Shown here one piece after another: positions 60,881 through 64,000 of a stretch of DNA of 64,000 bases; the stretch's first letter is position 1; every line of letters starts with the position of its first letter. Source of the stretch: Alphaproteobacteria bacterium (GTDB lineage Bacteria > Pseudomonadota > Alphaproteobacteria > CAAHEQ01 > UBA3637). The notes beneath the pieces are model-generated. The model worked only from the letters and a program-made list of their open reading frames with translations, made no database searches and was not told the origin of the DNA. The position numbers were made by a program, and so were the translations under genes. The stretch covers positions 128,001-192,000 of the forward strand of contig JAZUQR010000027.1 of NCBI GenBank assembly GCA_045605805.1. The letters run 5' to 3'.

Positions 60881-61482
60881 TCATTTAATTGTCTGATTTT
60901 TCGTATTCTCAATATTTTTATTTACTTTATAGATATAGTATGTATCATATTTGGAACCTAAGGAAAACTCCTTTTTTGGTTCCATATCTGGAATTGGAAA
61001 CCGATTGACATAAAGAAGGGTACTTTTTTTTGCTTCTGTTTGACATTTAGTGCTGATTTTTTTCATTAAGTGGGATAATAAAAATAAAAATATAATATCA
61101 GCTTTGGATATATCTGCGTTAAAGAAATTTTGACGATAAAACTCGATATTTTTCATTTTTCTGGCTCTAAATCTACTAACTAAATAGGGAACCACCCATA
61201 TTCAATTCCAATAAACTTGTGCTGTGGAAATTGTTGCGCCAAGGGTAAAAGTAAGGTACCCCAACCGCTTCCCAAATCCATTATGGTTTGATTTTTTCTT
61301 TTCTCTAAAAGTTGAGCAACATTTTTTAACATAGCCCTTTTAACTTTTCCACTTGATGGAACAGGTGGTGCATTGCGCATAAAACTGGAATTAAAAGCAA
61401 AATAGATGGTTATTATTCCCACACAGAATATAACTAACATTAATAAAGTTTGCAATAACACCAACAAATAAATAAGAACCAT
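60881..61482 (-). pseudogene. Frameshifted membrane-anchored class I SAM-dependent methyltransferase
   Basis: ORF1 has a TM helix, PPVPS, MDLGSGWG and IGIE; ORF2 continues PYLVSR...NFFNADISKADIIFLFL; adding one base at TGGTTCCCTAT (~61185-61194) joins them. Confidence 0.8.
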
Positions 61483-61523
61483 ATATCCTTATCCTTCCGT
61501 GTTAATTTATAAAATTTTTTACT

Positions 61524-61718
61524 AAAATGTTCGAATGTCGGTAAGGGTTCCAAACAGCGTTAAAAATGTGAAATGTAATAAATTCAAGCGCTTACTGCGT
61601 TATCGGTTCGATTGTTGAAAAAGTATGTGCTTTTTGACCAAACAACATTTGAACCAGCTTAACATATTGAAAACAAAAGAAAAAGTCGCTATTTTAAGCG
61701 ACTTGTTCACTTTGGCGG
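61524..61718. repeat. ~195-bp structured arm, copy A
   Basis: Imperfect direct repeat of 63763-63958; includes terminator stem AAGTCGCT/AGCGACTT. Confidence 0.92.
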
Positions 61719-61740
61719 GCAATGCTGTGCATAATGGGAA
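61713..61740. repeat. 28-bp att-like direct repeat, copy 2
   Basis: Identical to 60852-60879. Confidence 0.95.
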
Positions 61741-61777
61741 GTCATCTAGAGCATTTTGATACATAAAAGGTCTTAAC

Positions 61778-63691
61778 TCAACCTCCTGCCTGTGGGGTAT
61801 TTTGTCCTTTTAAAATAGAAAGAGGAGGTTGTTTTTTATTTGAAAGCGATCTTTTATCAGCACTTTTGGAAAGCATTTGTATTAAACCGGATTTACCTGT
61901 ATTATTCCCAGACTTCTTATGCGACTTAACGGAAGAAGTTAAAGGACTGTTTTCTGGAAATCTATCAATATTCTCCTGACTGATAATCGGCTTCCCATAT
62001 TTGTCCTTTAATGACATAAGGATAGGTAATTGTTCAGCATAATCTGAATGTGCCTGAATAAGACTTTCTAACAATATATTCTTTCCTTCTTTTGTATCAA
62101 AAGTCTTACGGGAAAGTGGTAGATTTCCTTTTTCATCTTTAATTGCATCAAATAATAATTTAATTTCTTCCTTGCAATTTTTTCCTCTACTTATGTCTCG
62201 CACCCAAATATCCAATGCTTTAGCAAATTGTTCCTCTCTAACAAGTACCTTTCCATCACGACCTGTTAATTTTAGTATTTGAGGAAGTAATGGAAGCATT
62301 TTAATCCAGTCCTCATCGTAAGGACCGAAATGTCCCAAAAACACATTCCTCGTGTTATCAAAAGAGGCTCGTAAATCTTTTTCTATAAGGGGTAGACGTC
62401 CTTCATCATCTGAAAGAATAGCAACAGACTTTTTAAAATCTTCTGGAATCTTTGTTTTAAAAGACAATATATTCGCAATATTTTCTGAAGTCGCTATTTT
62501 TTCACCATCACGAGTAGCCTCAACTAGGTACTTTAATGCAGCGGGACTAATAATTTGCTGAATACCACAACCTTTAAAAAGATCTCTAACTTTTTCTATA
62601 TTAAATACATATTGAGAATCAGTTCTTTTCAATGTCAATATATCGTGAATCTGTGCTGGTGAAGCATTTTCCAATATGTATCCTAAAACCTCTTCATAAT
62701 CCTTGGGCATTTTTTCATCAACACCATCATGTAAAAGACGTATATATTCATCCAGATGGTTATTCTTTTTGGCTTGCAATAACTTTCCTCGAAAACGTCT
62801 AGCTCTTCTAGGGGCTTCTTGTAATTTTTTCATCAAACTTTGTGGTAAGTGAAATACCTCTGGAATACAATCTAAACCTGGATCATTTTCCCCAATTGGA
62901 GCTCTCATATCATATAAATCTTTATAAGGACTACCATATACTCTATCTAATATGGCACTTATCGCCTCTTCTTCAATTTTTTTATCACCTCTATGGCTCA
63001 CATCATTTGCGTGTTTTTTTAATATTTCTTCATACGTTTTAACCCCAGTCATTTTAGTATCATCTGTATGACCAAAAATTTCATAATAAGCTCGCGCACC
63101 GGTTTCAAATGCTTGTGCTTCTGATAAAAATTCAAGCTGATGCCAAGCATAGGCATTTTCTATTGGAATTCCAAAAAACGAAGCATTCATCATACGTTCT
63201 TCCTGATGATAGGCAGCCTCATCATTTTGTTCTGCGTGTTTGAGTTCATGTGATAATACTAAAACTAAAAAATTAAGATCATCCACCTTTTCAAAAACAA
63301 CCTTATTGTCCATCGGTCCATATGAAGCCGCAGATTTTGCCTCCTTATCTCCGTTATTTCTTTCTCTGACTATTGTAGTGTCAATTATGAGAGGGTTCGT
63401 ATCTTGACGAAAGGTTGAAAATTTATGATACAAAGGTGTTTCCTTACCATTCAGTTCATAAATCAATTTTAAAGCCTGTTGAACCTTTTGTTCTCTTTCG
63501 CTTAAATTTAATTTTGGATTATTCGGGTAATCTTCTGGATATATAAACTCACGAATAGAGCATGTTTTTATTTTGCTTTTTAACTCTTTTGCTCTTTCTT
63601 CATCTATAAAACTATGTTCAAGAAGATATTGCTCCTCTTCTGTCAATAAAACCCCATATGACACTTTTATCATATCCATTGAATTTTCCAT
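61778..63691 (-). CDS. Hypothetical 637-aa protein with an HExxH metallopeptidase-like domain and degenerate C-terminal repeats
   Basis: AAGGAG RBS; LSHELKHAEQ plus downstream EAQAF; repeated L..(D/R)..G....I units. Confidence 0.75.
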   Translation of the reverse strand: MENSMDMIKVSYGVLLTEEEQYLLEHSFIDEERAKELKSKIKTCSIREFIYPEDYPNNPKLNLSEREQKVQQALKLIYELNGKETPLYHKFSTFRQDTNPLIIDTTIVRERNNGDKEAKSAASYGPMDNKVVFEKVDDLNFLVLVLSHELKHAEQNDEAAYHQEERMMNASFFGIPIENAYAWHQLEFLSEAQAFETGARAYYEIFGHTDDTKMTGVKTYEEILKKHANDVSHRGDKKIEEEAISAILDRVYGSPYKDLYDMRAPIGENDPGLDCIPEVFHLPQSLMKKLQEAPRRARRFRGKLLQAKKNNHLDEYIRLLHDGVDEKMPKDYEEVLGYILENASPAQIHDILTLKRTDSQYVFNIEKVRDLFKGCGIQQIISPAALKYLVEATRDGEKIATSENIANILSFKTKIPEDFKKSVAILSDDEGRLPLIEKDLRASFDNTRNVFLGHFGPYDEDWIKMLPLLPQILKLTGRDGKVLVREEQFAKALDIWVRDISRGKNCKEEIKLLFDAIKDEKGNLPLSRKTFDTKEGKNILLESLIQAHSDYAEQLPILMSLKDKYGKPIISQENIDRFPENSPLTSSVKSHKKSGNNTGKSGLIQMLSKSADKRSLSNKKQPPLSILKGQNTPQAGG

Positions 63692-63762
63692 AATGTTCTC
63701 CTTTTTTTATCACACTAACATATTTTAATGTGATTTACAACACAAATGGTGTAATCACTCAA

Positions 63763-63958
63763 AAAATGTTCGAGTGTCAGTAAGGGTTTCAAACAGTGTC
63801 AAAAATGCGAAATGCTTTAAAATCAATCGCTTACTGAGTTATCGGTTCGATTGTTGAACAAAGTATGCCTATTTTTCCTGCTTAACAATCGAACCGCCTT
63901 AAACCATTGAAAATAAAAGAAAAAGTCGTCATTTCTGACGACTTGTTCACTTTGGCGG
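63763..63958. repeat. ~195-bp structured arm, copy B, directly after the tRNA
   Basis: Imperfect direct repeat of 61524-61718; perfect 13-bp inverted repeat at 63843-63855/63884-63896. Confidence 0.92.
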
Positions 63959-64000
63959 AGCGTACAGGATTTGAACCTGTGCATCCCTTTAACAGGATGA
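63953..64000 (-). tRNA. 3' part of a long-variable-arm tRNA, probably tRNA-Ser (anticodon outside the window)
   Basis: Minus strand CATCCTGTTAAAGGGATG variable arm, ACAGG-TTCAAAT-CCTGT T-arm, ends CGCTCC-G-CCA with discriminator G. Confidence 0.88.

Larger units (their letters stand above)
60852..63958. mobile_element. Tandem array of two integrase-less gene cassettes at the tRNA-Ser 3' end
   Basis: TGGCGG cores at 60852, 61713 and 63953; each unit is a 28-bp site, one gene and a ~195-bp arm; visibly AT-richer than the flanking DNA. Confidence 0.75.

Noticed and set aside
60863-60890. GCTGTGCATAA in the 28-bp repeat as a dif/pdif module site
   Set aside because: Only a partial XerC-like half is present; the would-be XerD arm differs between copies and does not match the consensus
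60852-61740. 28-bp identical repeats as a CRISPR array
   Set aside because: Only two copies, 861 bp apart with a gene between them, and no cas genes
63763-63958. The 195-bp arm as a remnant of an integrase CDS reading into the tRNA
   Set aside because: All plus-strand frames hit stop codons, and conservation follows hairpins and motifs rather than codons

Overview
Chromosomal window from a reduced-genome Alphaproteobacterium. Lineage evidence: alpha-type LexA box GAAC-N7-GAAC at recA, LpxI, FzlA, and alpha-type rpsO/rpsB leaders. The SG|RTMLE pilin-like protein suggests an uncultured gut lineage such as RF32/Rs-D84, which is inference. About 60 kb is housekeeping: radA-cvpA, rpoH, map, uvrA, ndk, the dcw cluster (MurE-MurF fusion, no mraZ or murD), cdsA-rseP-bamA-lpx, rpsO-pnp, rimP-nusA-infB-rbfA-truB, rpsB-tsf-frr-uppS, recA and a short, foreign-type alaS. 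The main unexplained structure is in the last 3.1 kb. Two single-gene cassettes with no integrase (861 bp and 2240 bp) are stacked at the 3' end of a tRNA-Ser. Each is bounded by the same 28-bp site and the same ~195-bp structured arm, which carries a covarying terminator, a 13-bp inverted repeat and IHF-like boxes. This looks like a tRNA-anchored, integron-like cassette array. Also notable: a degenerate upstream copy of tRNA-Ser(CGA) with a 33-nt mini-hairpin insert in its anticodon, a large Cys-rich pilin-discoidin protein, two small ORFs absent from the ORF track, and apparent avoidance of TCGA outside the cassettes. All calls come from reading the sequence by eye; no searches were run.
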